From contig JAXLTY010000003.1 of NCBI GenBank assembly GCA_046329815.1, forward strand, positions 18,888 through 82,887: 64,000 nt of DNA, read 5' to 3'. Position numbers and translations under genes: made by a program. Source of the DNA: Chitinophagales bacterium. GTDB taxonomy: Bacteria > Bacteroidota > Bacteroidia > Chitinophagales > JADIYW01. Positions 45,329 through 55,273 of the stretch are shown here, one piece after another. The first letter of the stretch is position 1. Each line of letters starts with the position of its first letter. Under the pieces are notes generated by a model. That model had not been told where the DNA came from. It made no database searches and was given only the letters and a program-made list of their open reading frames with translations.

Positions 45329-46323
45329 ATTCGCTTGTTCTTTATAAAAATTCTTTTATAAACTCGTTTTTGATTTACCATAGCTTGGGCAACTTTACTT
45401 TCTTCATTCCATAGACCATTTGAAAAACCTTTACCTTCACTTTCTGTTGCACCTATTATTTCAAATTGTTCAGGATTATATTTATCCATGAAAGTTATTG
45501 GAACGCCCATTATTCCTTTATAATCTAATGGAATATCTTTTGTTTTTGAAACTTCAATAGCACTATAATTGTCGTAAGTTGGATATTCAATTTCATTATA
45601 AGTCTTATATAAAATTAAATCTTCGTGTCTTTTCCTTGAATCTAAATTGGTAAACCAATGAACACCCGAAACTCTAATTTTGCCTTCTTTGTGGTTTCCT
45701 GCGGTCGCATAATCTTCATACTGTGTATTAATGAAATGAGCTGCGCCACCATTAAAACCATATCCTAACCATAATTTGTTTTCCTTAATTAATGGAAATA
45801 TTTCTTTGTATGTTAAAGCGTTTTGATGACCAACAATAAGAAACTTTTTGTCGTATTCTATCAATTGAGCCACATATTCTCTAAATAACGAAAAAGGCGG
45901 ATTAGTTACAACTATATCTGCTTGTTTCAACAATTCAATACTTTCTGAACTTCTAAAATCACCGTCGCCTTCTAAGTAATGTATTCCTATTTCTTCTGCA
46001 TTGGGAATTTTGTCTCCATTTTTGTCGCCGTTATATTCTAAATAAATAGCTTTCTCAGATTGATGTTTGCTAAATAAATCTCTTTCTTGGTTCTTGTAAC
46101 AAGTTGTAATTAAGCGTTTCAGTCCTAAATTTTCAAAATTATAAGAAAAATAATGAAAGAAATTACTCACTCTTGGGTCATCACAATTGCAAAAAACGGT
46201 CTTGCCTTTAAAATGGTCTTTGTAGTGTCTTAATTCTTTTTCAATGTCGGTCAGCTCGGTATAAAACTCATCATTTTTACCTGCTTTCGCGTTGTTAAGA
46301 TTTTTATTTAAAGATTTCGCCAT
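45325..46323 (-). CDS. N6-adenine DNA methyltransferase, EcoRI-methylase-like family
   Basis: 332 aa with 'KNDEFYTELTDIEKELRHYKDHFKGKTVFCNCDDP' and the catalytic 'IVVTNPPFSLFREY' (NPPF). Its stop overlaps the DUF262 start (ATGA, 45325-45328). Confidence 0.85.
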   Translation of the reverse strand: MAKSLNKNLNNAKAGKNDEFYTELTDIEKELRHYKDHFKGKTVFCNCDDPRVSNFFHYFSYNFENLGLKRLITTCYKNQERDLFSKHQSEKAIYLEYNGDKNGDKIPNAEEIGIHYLEGDGDFRSSESIELLKQADIVVTNPPFSLFREYVAQLIEYDKKFLIVGHQNALTYKEIFPLIKENKLWLGYGFNGGAAHFINTQYEDYATAGNHKEGKIRVSGVHWFTNLDSRKRHEDLILYKTYNEIEYPTYDNYSAIEVSKTKDIPLDYKGIMGVPITFMDKYNPEQFEIIGATESEGKGFSNGLWNEESKVAQAMVNQKRVYKRIFIKNKRI

Positions 46324-46467
46324 TCATGGATTTATTAAAGTTGCAAATTACAAATAAATACTTATTTTTTTCATCATATGTTATCCTAACTCGATTATGG
46401 TGGCTATAGGTCAATTCCCACATTCCTCTTTAATTCTTATATAAATTCCCACTTCATCTTGAAAAAT

Positions 46468-46612
46468 CATAAAATTTTATGTGATTGACTTAAAATTTTA
46501 TGTGTGTGCTATAAAATTTTATGTAACAGACATAAAGTTTTATATAATTAGCTTAAAATTTTAAGTGTTGAGCTTAAAATTTTAAGTACGCATTATAAAA
46601 TTTTATAATAAG
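46468..46612. repeat. Tandem array 3: 7 units at exactly 21-bp spacing, palindromic core (T/A)TAAAATTTTA(T/A)
   Basis: 'aaaatttta' (one copy reads aaagtttta) starts at 46471, 46492, 46513, 46534, 46555, 46576 and 46597. The array lies between the divergent methyltransferase gene and paralog B. Confidence 0.9.
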
Positions 46613-46721
46613 ATATGATATTTTTAAATAATTAACATTTATTTAGAAAAAATATAGCATAAAATTGCTTTTCTATCCGTTAATTTGTTTCATATTCATT
46701 AATCAATCAAATAAATACGAT

Positions 46722-47210
46722 ATGCCCGTTACAAATTTAGGAAGACTGCACCTTACAGCAACACAAAAAACAGCCATCGATACTGCATTAACAACTATTG
46801 AAACACAGCTTTTGACGGTAACCATGAACCTGAACGCTGAAGAACGCAAGAAGTTTGGTAGTGTAAAAGAATACAATAAGTTATTTGTAAACAAAGACCG
46901 TGATTACTATTTAACACAGCCACATTTGGCAAGCCCTGATGTAGATTGGGTAGAGTTTGAAGCAGATTTTCAGGATAGAGTATTTGCAGATACTCGTTTA
47001 GATAGGATTGCTACCATAACACGTATGTTGAGCGATTTTAAAATTGTACACGATTATGATAATTATCAGGATGGATTAACAGATTATGATTATAGCCAAT
47101 ACAAAGCTAATACAAAAGCACCTGGCTTTACAGAAAAAGTAGAAGAACTAAAACAGTTTTTTCCGAATACAAACGGCGGCGGCAGCGGCGATGGCACTTC
47201 TGCTGAATAA
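46722..47210 (+). CDS. Uncharacterised conserved protein (paralog B of 16396..16950)
   Basis: The start at MPVTNLGRLHL is preferred (the track starts at 46665). It shares the NLxxxERKKFGS, NKLFVNK, PHLASPDVDWVEF and LKQFF blocks with paralog A. The tail is Gly/Ser-rich instead of acidic. Confidence 0.75.
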   Translation: MPVTNLGRLHLTATQKTAIDTALTTIETQLLTVTMNLNAEERKKFGSVKEYNKLFVNKDRDYYLTQPHLASPDVDWVEFEADFQDRVFADTRLDRIATITRMLSDFKIVHDYDNYQDGLTDYDYSQYKANTKAPGFTEKVEELKQFFPNTNGGGSGDGTSAE

Positions 47211-47234
47211 TACTTACTATTTATCTTAAAAGAA

Positions 47235-47265
47235 GCAGGCATCGCTAACGCGATGCCTGCGTTGA
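47235..47265 (+). terminator. Terminator hairpin after paralog B
   Basis: Perfect 11-bp stem gcaggcatcgc/gcgatgcctgc with loop taac. Confidence 0.7.
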
Positions 47266-47305
47266 TTTAGAACGAACATCAGACGCCTTTAGGCGTGCTG
47301 CTGTT

Positions 47306-49105
47306 TTAGAAGCTATATTTCTTCGCTTCCAACACCTTTGCTGCAATGCGTCTGCGCGCTTCTTTTGTATTGAAGGTTTCGTATTTGGTATAACGTTTCA
47401 GACCCATTAGCATAATGCGTAATTCATCACCTTCCGCAAATGATTGTAATGCGTGCTTGCCATGTAAATTCAGTCTTTCCAACGCATCAGAAACAAATAC
47501 TTTTGTCATATCAATTTGTGTTGCAGTAGCGCCTTCGCCTAAAACAGCAATTAGCTTTTGCGTTCTTAAAACAGTTGATTCCATAGTATATACTTCTGCT
47601 AACATGTCTGCCACGTTCATCAAAATTTCTTGCTCGTGTTTTAATTTCGTCATTAATTTTTGTGCCGCTGCGCCTGCTGTCATTAAGATGGCTTTCTTCG
47701 CGTTTTTTACTGCTTTTGCTTCTGCTGCTAATGGTGTTGCATCATCGTCACTGCTAAAATCAGGAACACTCATCAATTCTTTTTGAACCGCCATTGCCGG
47801 TGTCATTATGTCAATTTTACCAGACATGGCACGTTTCAATAACATATCTACAGAAAGTAATCGGTTGATCTCATTCGTGCCTTCAAAAATTCGGTTGATG
47901 CGCGCATCTCTGTAAGCGCGTGCTGCACCCAATTCTTCCGAATAGCCCATTCCACCATGAATTTGTACATTCTCATCTACACAATAATCCAATACTTCAG
48001 AGCCGATGAATTTCAACAAAGAACATTCAATCGCATATTCTTCAGCGGCTTTCATAATAGCTTCTTGCAATGGCAAACCTTTCGCTACCAATTCTTTTTC
48101 TTTATTGTCGATCGCGTCTGATGCACGGTAGCAAGCACTTTGCAACGCGTAAATGCGTGTTGCCATTTCACCTAATTTATATTGAATAGCGCCAAACGTT
48201 GCGATAGGCACTTTAAATTGCTGACGTTCCAAAGCATAGGTTGCTGCCTGTTCTAAAGCAACTTTTGAGCCACCTAAAACGCCTGCTGCTAATTTATATC
48301 TTCCAACATTTAAAATATTGAATGCAATTAAATGACCTTTGCCTATTTCGCCTAATAAATTTTCTTTTGGAACTTTTACGTTTTCTAAGAATACTTGTCT
48401 TGTTGAAGAACCTTTGATACCCATTTTCGCTTCTTCAGCGCCTAATGACAAACCTTCCATGCCTCTTTCGATGATCAAAGCAGAGAATTTATCACCATCG
48501 ATTTGGCAGAAAACGATGTAAACATCAGCAAAACCGGCATTGGTGATCCACATTTTTTGTCCGTTAACAATGTAGTGTGTACCTTCTGCATTTAAAATGG
48601 CGGTTGTTTTTGCACCTAATGCATCGGAACCTGAACCTGGTTCTGTTAAGCAATAAGATGCTTTTAATTCACCGGTAGCTAATTTTGGTAAATAGTGTGC
48701 TTTCTGTTGCTCGTTTCCGAAATATACGATTGGCAACGTACCGATACCGATGTGCGCACCAACTGACAGCGAGAACGAACTTGCGCGCGCCATGTTTTCT
48801 ACCAACAGAGAATTGGTGTTGAAGTCTTTGCCCATTCCACCGTATTCTTCCGGAATTGCTAAACCAAGTAATCCAAGTTCTCCTGCTTTTAACAATAAGG
48901 ATTCTGTTAAACCGGGTTCTTGCTTTTCAATTTTATCATACACCGGCAAAATTTCCGAGTCGATAAATGATGTGATGGTATCAACAATCATGTGTTGTTC
49001 TTCGTTCAGGTCTTCCGGTGTGAACGTATCGTTGTAGTTCATTTCTTTTACTAAGAATTCACCACCTTTCAATAAGTTTTTAACTTCTGCTAATGTTTCG
49101 CTCAT
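47306..49105 (-). CDS. Acyl-CoA dehydrogenase family protein (long, ~600 aa type)
   Basis: 599 aa with 'YCLTEPGSGSDA', 'GQKMWITNAG' and 'IHGGMGYSEE…RDARINRIFEGTNEI', the ACAD signatures, plus a C-terminal extension. Confidence 0.9.
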   Translation of the reverse strand: MSETLAEVKNLLKGGEFLVKEMNYNDTFTPEDLNEEQHMIVDTITSFIDSEILPVYDKIEKQEPGLTESLLLKAGELGLLGLAIPEEYGGMGKDFNTNSLLVENMARASSFSLSVGAHIGIGTLPIVYFGNEQQKAHYLPKLATGELKASYCLTEPGSGSDALGAKTTAILNAEGTHYIVNGQKMWITNAGFADVYIVFCQIDGDKFSALIIERGMEGLSLGAEEAKMGIKGSSTRQVFLENVKVPKENLLGEIGKGHLIAFNILNVGRYKLAAGVLGGSKVALEQAATYALERQQFKVPIATFGAIQYKLGEMATRIYALQSACYRASDAIDNKEKELVAKGLPLQEAIMKAAEEYAIECSLLKFIGSEVLDYCVDENVQIHGGMGYSEELGAARAYRDARINRIFEGTNEINRLLSVDMLLKRAMSGKIDIMTPAMAVQKELMSVPDFSSDDDATPLAAEAKAVKNAKKAILMTAGAAAQKLMTKLKHEQEILMNVADMLAEVYTMESTVLRTQKLIAVLGEGATATQIDMTKVFVSDALERLNLHGKHALQSFAEGDELRIMLMGLKRYTKYETFNTKEARRRIAAKVLEAKKYSF

Positions 49106-49305
49106 TGTATTAATTTTTGAGTTGTTTAATTATAAAATTGTAGAATTTAAATTATTATTTAAAATTACAATGCATGCATTGAAATAACAAACGTTTGGTA
49201 AAAATGTTCAGTTAAGTATTTGTTATCAATTTCATTATAGTTACTGAATCATAAATAATGGAATTTTGGTTAATTTTGCTTAACAACTATTGAAAAACTA
49301 TTCTC

Positions 49306-50343
49306 ATGGCATCTTACAAGCGAATTCCATTAAAACCATTTCCAAACGGATGGTACATGGTGGCACATTCCAACGAAATAAAAAATGGCGAAATCATTAC
49401 AAAACGTTTCGCCGGAAAAGATATTATACTTTTCAGAACGGAATCCGGTAAATTAGCCATAACGGAACCGTATTGCCCACACATGGGCGGCCACTTTGGC
49501 TATGGCGGAAAAGTAGAAGGTGAAAGCATTAAGTGTCCATTTCATCATTTTTGCTTTGATACCAAAGGTGATTGTACAGCAACCGGTTATGGTTCTAAAC
49601 CGTCTTCTAAATTAAAATTACCGGTCTATCATTCTGATGAAAAAAATAATTTGGTGTTGATTTGGTTTGATGAAAAAAATAATGCGCCAACCTGGTTTGT
49701 TCCTCAGGAAGACTGGACGGATTGGACAGAAGTATTATTTGCTGAATACGATCTAAATTCGCATCCGCAGGAAACTACGGAAAACAGCGTTGATGTAGGT
49801 CATTTTTCTATTGTTCATGGCTATACTGGTGTAGAAACGCTTCATGAAATGGAAAGCCATGATCACTATTTATATGCAAAATATGCTATGCACCGTGTTG
49901 CCGATTTTGTTGGAAAGAAAAAGAATATCCGTACAGAGTTTAATGTAAATGTGCATGGGTTAGGATATTCTTTTGTGAGCGCAGAAATTCCTGAATTGAA
50001 TTTTAAAATGCGTAATTTCGTTTTACCAACGCCTAAAGAAAATGGAAAGCTGAAACTAACTATTGGTGCCAGTATCAAAAAACTGGAAAACAGGGAAAAG
50101 ATATCGCCATTATTAAAAATAGTACCAAAAGAATTAGCTACAAAATTAGTTTTAAAGAAAACGTTTGAAGGATATTGTCACGATGTCAGCCAAGATTTTA
50201 AAATTTGGGAAAATAAAATTTATATCGATCCACCAATTTTAGCTAAAGGCGATGGACCTGTTGCGCAATACAGAATGTGGGCACAGCAATTCTATTACGA
50301 TGATTCTAAACAACCGAATTATGCAACGAATGAGTTGGTGTAA
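49306..50343 (+). CDS. Rieske [2Fe-2S] domain oxygenase (non-heme iron, KshA/PAO-like)
   Basis: 345 aa with the Rieske motif 'CPHMGGHF…(17 aa)…CPFHHFCF' and a downstream 'NSVDVGHFSIVHG' mononuclear-iron His pair. Confidence 0.85.
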   Translation: MASYKRIPLKPFPNGWYMVAHSNEIKNGEIITKRFAGKDIILFRTESGKLAITEPYCPHMGGHFGYGGKVEGESIKCPFHHFCFDTKGDCTATGYGSKPSSKLKLPVYHSDEKNNLVLIWFDEKNNAPTWFVPQEDWTDWTEVLFAEYDLNSHPQETTENSVDVGHFSIVHGYTGVETLHEMESHDHYLYAKYAMHRVADFVGKKKNIRTEFNVNVHGLGYSFVSAEIPELNFKMRNFVLPTPKENGKLKLTIGASIKKLENREKISPLLKIVPKELATKLVLKKTFEGYCHDVSQDFKIWENKIYIDPPILAKGDGPVAQYRMWAQQFYYDDSKQPNYATNELV

Positions 50344-50438
50344 ATCATAATTTCAATTCCGTTTATAATTTTATTTATCTAATTCGTTAGAAAGTTTCTC
50401 CATTTATTTTGTTTACTTTTGTTAGGTAACTATTACTC

Positions 50439-51347
50439 ATGACAAGAGAAGAAATACTAGCTGCAATTGATGAAAAGTATAAAGCCATCGGACAGGATGC
50501 TGACACACATTTGTTAGGTTTATTATATTCAGAACCTATCACCTACTGGAATTATATCAATGTCGATGCATTACTGAGCTTGCAAATTCAACGCACACAA
50601 TTGCCGGATGAAATGATCTTCATATTATATCATCAGATCAATGAATTATTGTTTAAAATGATGTTGTGGGAAATTGAACAAGTATCAAGAACAGAAAATA
50701 TTACAACGCAAAAATTTTCATTACATCTGAACAGAATCAGCCGTTATTTTGATATTCTGACTGAGTCTTTCAACATTATGCGCGATGGTATGGAAATCGA
50801 ACAATATTTAAAATTCAGAAATACACTGACACCAGCCAGTGGTTTTCAAAGTGCACAATATCGTAAAATAGAGTTTGCTTCTACTGAATTAATTAATTTA
50901 ATTGACATTCGTTTCAGAGCAACTATTGACCGCAACACACCTTTTGAACATGCTTATGATCATTTATACTGGCAGGCAGCCGGAAAAGATTATGCAACAG
51001 GAAAGAAAACGGCATTGCTGAATAATTTTGACAAACGATACTTGGAAGAATTTATAACGTTCATGAAAGAATACAATACAACGAATCTTTGGACAAAATT
51101 TAAAGCACTGCCTGAAGCAGATCAGCAAAATGAAGAACTGGTAAAGGCGATGCGTCATTATGATTACACCATCAATATAAAATGGGTAATGGCACATCTG
51201 AATACAGCAAAAAAATACATCGGTGGCGGCGAAGCAACAGGCGGCAGCGAATGGCAAAAATACATGCATCCAAAATATCAGAAGCGTATTTTCTTTCCTG
51301 AATTATGGTCGAAAGAAGAAGTCGAAAATTGGGGAAATGACGCTTAA
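50439..51347 (+). CDS. kynA: Tryptophan 2,3-dioxygenase
   Basis: 302 aa with 'YWNYINVDALLSLQ…DEMIFILYHQINELLFKM…FRNTLTPASGFQSAQYRKIEF', typical of TDO. Confidence 0.85.
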   Translation: MTREEILAAIDEKYKAIGQDADTHLLGLLYSEPITYWNYINVDALLSLQIQRTQLPDEMIFILYHQINELLFKMMLWEIEQVSRTENITTQKFSLHLNRISRYFDILTESFNIMRDGMEIEQYLKFRNTLTPASGFQSAQYRKIEFASTELINLIDIRFRATIDRNTPFEHAYDHLYWQAAGKDYATGKKTALLNNFDKRYLEEFITFMKEYNTTNLWTKFKALPEADQQNEELVKAMRHYDYTINIKWVMAHLNTAKKYIGGGEATGGSEWQKYMHPKYQKRIFFPELWSKEEVENWGNDA

Positions 51348-51388
51348 TATGCTAATTTAAAAATTTGAATATAATAACTACCAAATGA

Positions 51389-51510
51389 GCACCGTCATTT
51401 CGACGTTAGGAGAAATCTCGAAAAGAAATGCACCATACTTCAATTTGCCTTTCCTAATCGTAACAAGATATCTCGCTACACTTCGATATAACGACATTTC
51501 TGGCAGTTGT
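51389..51510. repeat. R1-related interspersed repeat (gtcatttcgacg…gagaaatctcg… / …atctcgctacacttcgatataacgac)
   Basis: Seen directly. It belongs to the same 'word' class as the other R1 copies. Confidence 0.6.
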
Positions 51511-51558
51511 TCTGTTTATTGTTTACAGTACTCAATAACCAATGACTAATAACCTAAA

Positions 51559-52302
51559 ATGCAAGCAAACATTTCGTATAACAACATAAATTACAAAGCA
51601 GATTTATCTAAACCAATAGATATTTCTTTGCCAATAAAAATTGGCGGTGTGAAAGCGTGGTATGTTGGTGAACCTTCTTTTGAGCCGGTAAAAATGGGCA
51701 ACTGGATCGGCGAAGTGAAACAAGGCGGTTCTGTTAATTTCCGAAATATTTTTTTCAATCCACACGGACACGGCACGCATACCGAATGCGTTGGCCATAT
51801 CAGCAAAGAAGACTATTCGATAAATAATAGTTTGCAGCAATTTCATTTTATCGCACAACTGGTTTCTGTTTCACCTGAAAAAACAGAAAATGATTTTGTC
51901 ATCACCAAAAAAATACTCGAACCACTTTTAGAAAACAATACTGCTGATGCGCTCATCATCCGAACGCTGGAAAACACGACTGATAAATTAGATAAAAACT
52001 ATTCCAATACCAATCCTGCTTTTATTGATGAAAATGCCATGAAATATATTGTCGAAAAAGGCATTCAACATTTGTTGTTAGATACGCCAAGCGTTGACAA
52101 AGAAGTCGATGGCGGAAAGTTACTGGCGCATCGCGCATTCTGGCAGTATCCTGAAAACACCAATACTTTCAGAACGATTACAGAAATGGTTTACATTCCA
52201 AATGATGTTACCGATGGCATTTATTTACTCAATCTTCAGGTGGCTGCTTTTGAAAATGATGCTGCTCCGTCACGGCCTGTTTTGTATCATTTGCTAATAT
52301 AG
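51559..52302 (+). CDS. kynB: Cyclase-family protein, probable kynurenine formamidase
   Basis: 247 aa with 'NPHGHGTHTECVGH', which matches the cyclase/formamidase HxGTHxDxPxH-type metal motif. Its position between kynA and the rest of the pathway supports the call. Confidence 0.7.
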   Translation: MQANISYNNINYKADLSKPIDISLPIKIGGVKAWYVGEPSFEPVKMGNWIGEVKQGGSVNFRNIFFNPHGHGTHTECVGHISKEDYSINNSLQQFHFIAQLVSVSPEKTENDFVITKKILEPLLENNTADALIIRTLENTTDKLDKNYSNTNPAFIDENAMKYIVEKGIQHLLLDTPSVDKEVDGGKLLAHRAFWQYPENTNTFRTITEMVYIPNDVTDGIYLLNLQVAAFENDAAPSRPVLYHLLI

Positions 52303-52304
52303 AT

Positions 52305-52382
52305 TAGATTGCTTTACGGTGTTTGCAATGACGTAAAGCATGCAAAATGCATCGCGTCATCGCGACGAACGAAGCGATCTTT
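52305..52382. repeat. R1-family repeat copy (palindromic)
   Basis: 'agattgctttacggtgtttgcaatgacgtaaagcatgcaaaatgcatcgcgtcatcgcgacgaacgaagcgatct'. Confidence 0.75.
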
Positions 52383-52466
52383 TATTTTAAATATGCTAAA
52401 TTATATAGCGTTTAATTTTCAGTTGCTTTATTTTTTTCGTTTATTTGTTATAGCAATTAATTCAGC

Positions 52467-53255
52467 ATGGATTTAAATCTTCAGGGCAAGTATGCATTGG
52501 TTTGCGGCAGCACACAAGGAATCGGGAAAGCGGTTGCTTTAGAGCTAGCAAATCTTGGTGCATCTGTTATTCTTTTAGCACGCAATGAATCTGCTTTGCA
52601 AGCAACACTATCAGAATTAAACACTGCATTTCATCAACAACATACTTATATCGTTTGCGATTTTTCCAATCCGGAAAATTTAAAACTAAGTATTGAAAAT
52701 TACTTACAAAAGAATCCGACTATACATATTTTAGTAAACAATACTGGTGGTCCGCCGGCTGGTGCTGTTTCCAATGCGAAAACAGATGAATTTTTAACTG
52801 CATTCAACAATCATCTAATCTGCAATCATATTTTAGCGCAAGCTGTTTTGTCCGGAATGAAAACTGAACAATACGGACGCATTATCAATATCATTTCCAC
52901 TTCTGTAAAACAACCGATTGCCGGCTTGGGCGTTTCTAACACCATTCGTGCTGCAGTTGCCAACTGGTCTAAAACATTAGCCGGTGAAGTAGCGCAATTT
53001 GGCATTACTGTAAACAATGTATTGCCCGGCGCAACCAATACCATACGTTTACAAACTATTTTTGAAAACAAAGCGACTAAAACAGGTAAATCTGTTAATG
53101 CAATAAAACAGGAAATGCTGGAAGAAATTCCGGCGAAGCGTTTTGCAGAATCCGGTGAAATTGCCAATGCGGTTGCTTTTTTAGCATCACCAGCTGCTGC
53201 TTATATCAATGGTATCAATGTTCCTGTTGATGGCGGCAGAACATCGAGTTTATAA
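52467..53255 (+). CDS. Short-chain dehydrogenase/reductase (SDR) family oxidoreductase
   Basis: 262 aa with 'ALVCGSTQGIGKA' (TGxxxGxG-like), 'NNTGG' and C-terminal 'YINGINVPVDGG'. Confidence 0.88.
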   Translation: MDLNLQGKYALVCGSTQGIGKAVALELANLGASVILLARNESALQATLSELNTAFHQQHTYIVCDFSNPENLKLSIENYLQKNPTIHILVNNTGGPPAGAVSNAKTDEFLTAFNNHLICNHILAQAVLSGMKTEQYGRIINIISTSVKQPIAGLGVSNTIRAAVANWSKTLAGEVAQFGITVNNVLPGATNTIRLQTIFENKATKTGKSVNAIKQEMLEEIPAKRFAESGEIANAVAFLASPAAAYINGINVPVDGGRTSSL

Positions 53256-53264
53256 CTAAAAATC

Positions 53265-54713
53265 ATGTCAGTAAAAACCATACATAATTATATTAACGGT
53301 GCAATGGTACAACCCAATTCCGGACAATATATTGATGTGGTCAATCCGGCGACTGCGGAAATACATGCAGCATTGCCTGATTCAGATGAAACAGATGTGC
53401 AGCATGCTTATGAATCAGCAGCAGCAGCATTTCCATTGTGGTCAGCAATGACTGCCAATCAGCGCTCGCAAATTTTATTGAAGATCGCTGATGGCATCAA
53501 CAATAACTTAGATAAACTGGCTTTAGCAGAATGTGAAGATAACGGCAAGCCATTATCATTAGCAAAAACAGTTGATATTCCGCGCGCTGCCACTAACTTT
53601 CATTTTTTTGCTACTGCCATTCTGCATTTTTCCAGCGAATCGCATGCGACTGAAGATGGTATTATCAATTATACTTTAAGGAAACCAATCGGTGTGGTTG
53701 GCTGTATTTCGCCATGGAATTTACCGTTGTATTTATTTACCTGGAAGATCGCACCTGCATTAGCTGCCGGAAATTGTGTAGTCGCCAAACCGTCTGAAAT
53801 TACACCACTGACTGCTTTTTTATTATCAGAGATTTGCATGGAAGCCGGTTTACCAAAAGGTGTTTTGAATATCGTGCATGGTTATGGAAATAAAGTAGGC
53901 AATGCGATTGTTTCACATCCGGATATATCAACAATTTCTTTTACAGGCGGAACACAAACTGGCGAACATATTGCACGCATCGCTGCACCGATGTTCAAAA
54001 AACTGTCATTAGAATTAGGCGGCAAAAATCCTACAATCATTTTTGCAGATTGTAATTATGATGAAATGCTAACTACTGTTTTGCGTTCTTCGTTTTCCAA
54101 TCAGGGACAAATTTGTTTGTGCGGTTCTCGTATTTTTATTGAGCGATCTGTTTATGAAAAGTTCAAAACTGATTTTGTAAAAAGAACGAATGAATTGATT
54201 ATTGGTGATCCGTTAAATGAACAGACAAATATCGGCGCTATTGTTTCGGAACAACATCTCAACAAAATAAAATCATACATCGAATTAGCGAAAGAAGAAG
54301 GCGGGAAAATTATTGAAGGCGGAAACCAACTTAATATAGACGGACGCTGTGCAAACGGATATTTTTTACAACCAACAATCATCGAAGGCTTAGCATATAA
54401 TTGCAGAACCAACCAGGAAGAGATTTTTGGACCTGTGGTAACGATCCTGCCATTTGATACGGAAGAAGAAGTACTGCACTATGCAAACAGCACGAAGTAT
54501 GGTTTAGCATCTTCAGTATGGACAGAAAATTCGAGTCGCGCACACCGTTTTGCAGAAAATTTAAAAACAGGTATCGTCTGGATAAACTGCTGGATGATAC
54601 GCGATTTGCGAACACCGTTTGGCGGCATGAAAAATTCAGGTGTTGGCCGCGAAGGCGGCTGGGAAGCTTTGCGTTTTTTTACAGAAGCAAAAAATGTTTG
54701 TATAAAGTATTGA
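53265..54713 (+). CDS. NAD-dependent aldehyde dehydrogenase, probable 2-aminomuconate-6-semialdehyde dehydrogenase
   Basis: 482 aa with 'ISPWNLPL', 'LELGGKNP' and 'FSNQGQICLCGSR' (catalytic Cys). The specific function is inferred from the cluster context. Confidence 0.85.
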   Translation: MSVKTIHNYINGAMVQPNSGQYIDVVNPATAEIHAALPDSDETDVQHAYESAAAAFPLWSAMTANQRSQILLKIADGINNNLDKLALAECEDNGKPLSLAKTVDIPRAATNFHFFATAILHFSSESHATEDGIINYTLRKPIGVVGCISPWNLPLYLFTWKIAPALAAGNCVVAKPSEITPLTAFLLSEICMEAGLPKGVLNIVHGYGNKVGNAIVSHPDISTISFTGGTQTGEHIARIAAPMFKKLSLELGGKNPTIIFADCNYDEMLTTVLRSSFSNQGQICLCGSRIFIERSVYEKFKTDFVKRTNELIIGDPLNEQTNIGAIVSEQHLNKIKSYIELAKEEGGKIIEGGNQLNIDGRCANGYFLQPTIIEGLAYNCRTNQEEIFGPVVTILPFDTEEEVLHYANSTKYGLASSVWTENSSRAHRFAENLKTGIVWINCWMIRDLRTPFGGMKNSGVGREGGWEALRFFTEAKNVCIKY

Positions 54714-54740
54714 TAAGTCGTAAGAAAAAAAAGAAATGAA

Positions 54741-55166
54741 ATGAGTTCAGAAAACAACATCATCAATTCATCGAAAGCGCCGGAACCGGTTGGTGCGTAT
54801 CCGCATGCGCGCCGCGTAGGAAATTTATTGTTTCTTTCCGGTGTGGGTCCGCGTGAAAAAGGTACGAAGAAAATTCCCGGTGTGGAACTCGATGAGCAAG
54901 GAAATATTATTTCGTATGATATAGAAACACAATGCCGCTCGGTTTTTCAAAATATAAAATACATATTGGAAGATGCAGGTGCTGACTGGAACAATATTGT
55001 AGATGTAACTGTTTTCTTAACAAATATGAAAGCAGATTTTGTGACATACAATAAAATTTACGCGGAATATTTTAAAGACAATCAGCCATGCAGAACAACA
55101 ATAGAAATTTTAAGTTTACCAACACCGATTGCCATTGAATTAAAAGTGATTGCTGTGATTGATTAA
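54741..55166 (+). CDS. RidA/YjgF-family deaminase (candidate 2-aminomuconate deaminase)
   Basis: 141 aa with 'APEPVGAYPHARRVGNLLFLSG' and 'PCRTTIEI…LPTPIAIELKVIA'. Confidence 0.8.
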   Translation: MSSENNIINSSKAPEPVGAYPHARRVGNLLFLSGVGPREKGTKKIPGVELDEQGNIISYDIETQCRSVFQNIKYILEDAGADWNNIVDVTVFLTNMKADFVTYNKIYAEYFKDNQPCRTTIEILSLPTPIAIELKVIAVID

Positions 55167-55273
55167 AAGATATAAGTTAAACGTTATTCGTTATACAACT
55201 CTTAAATAACAATAATCACTAACTTACAACCAATAACCTATAACTAATAACGTATAACCAATAACTCATATCT

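Noticed and set aside
49138-49170. An imperfect AT-rich palindrome (ttgtagaatttaaat…atttaaaattacaa) between the ACAD gene and the kynurenine cluster, considered as a possible operator.
   Set aside because: The arms need an indel to align, and the sequence is almost pure A/T in an AT-rich genome. Chance occurrence is too likely to call a site.
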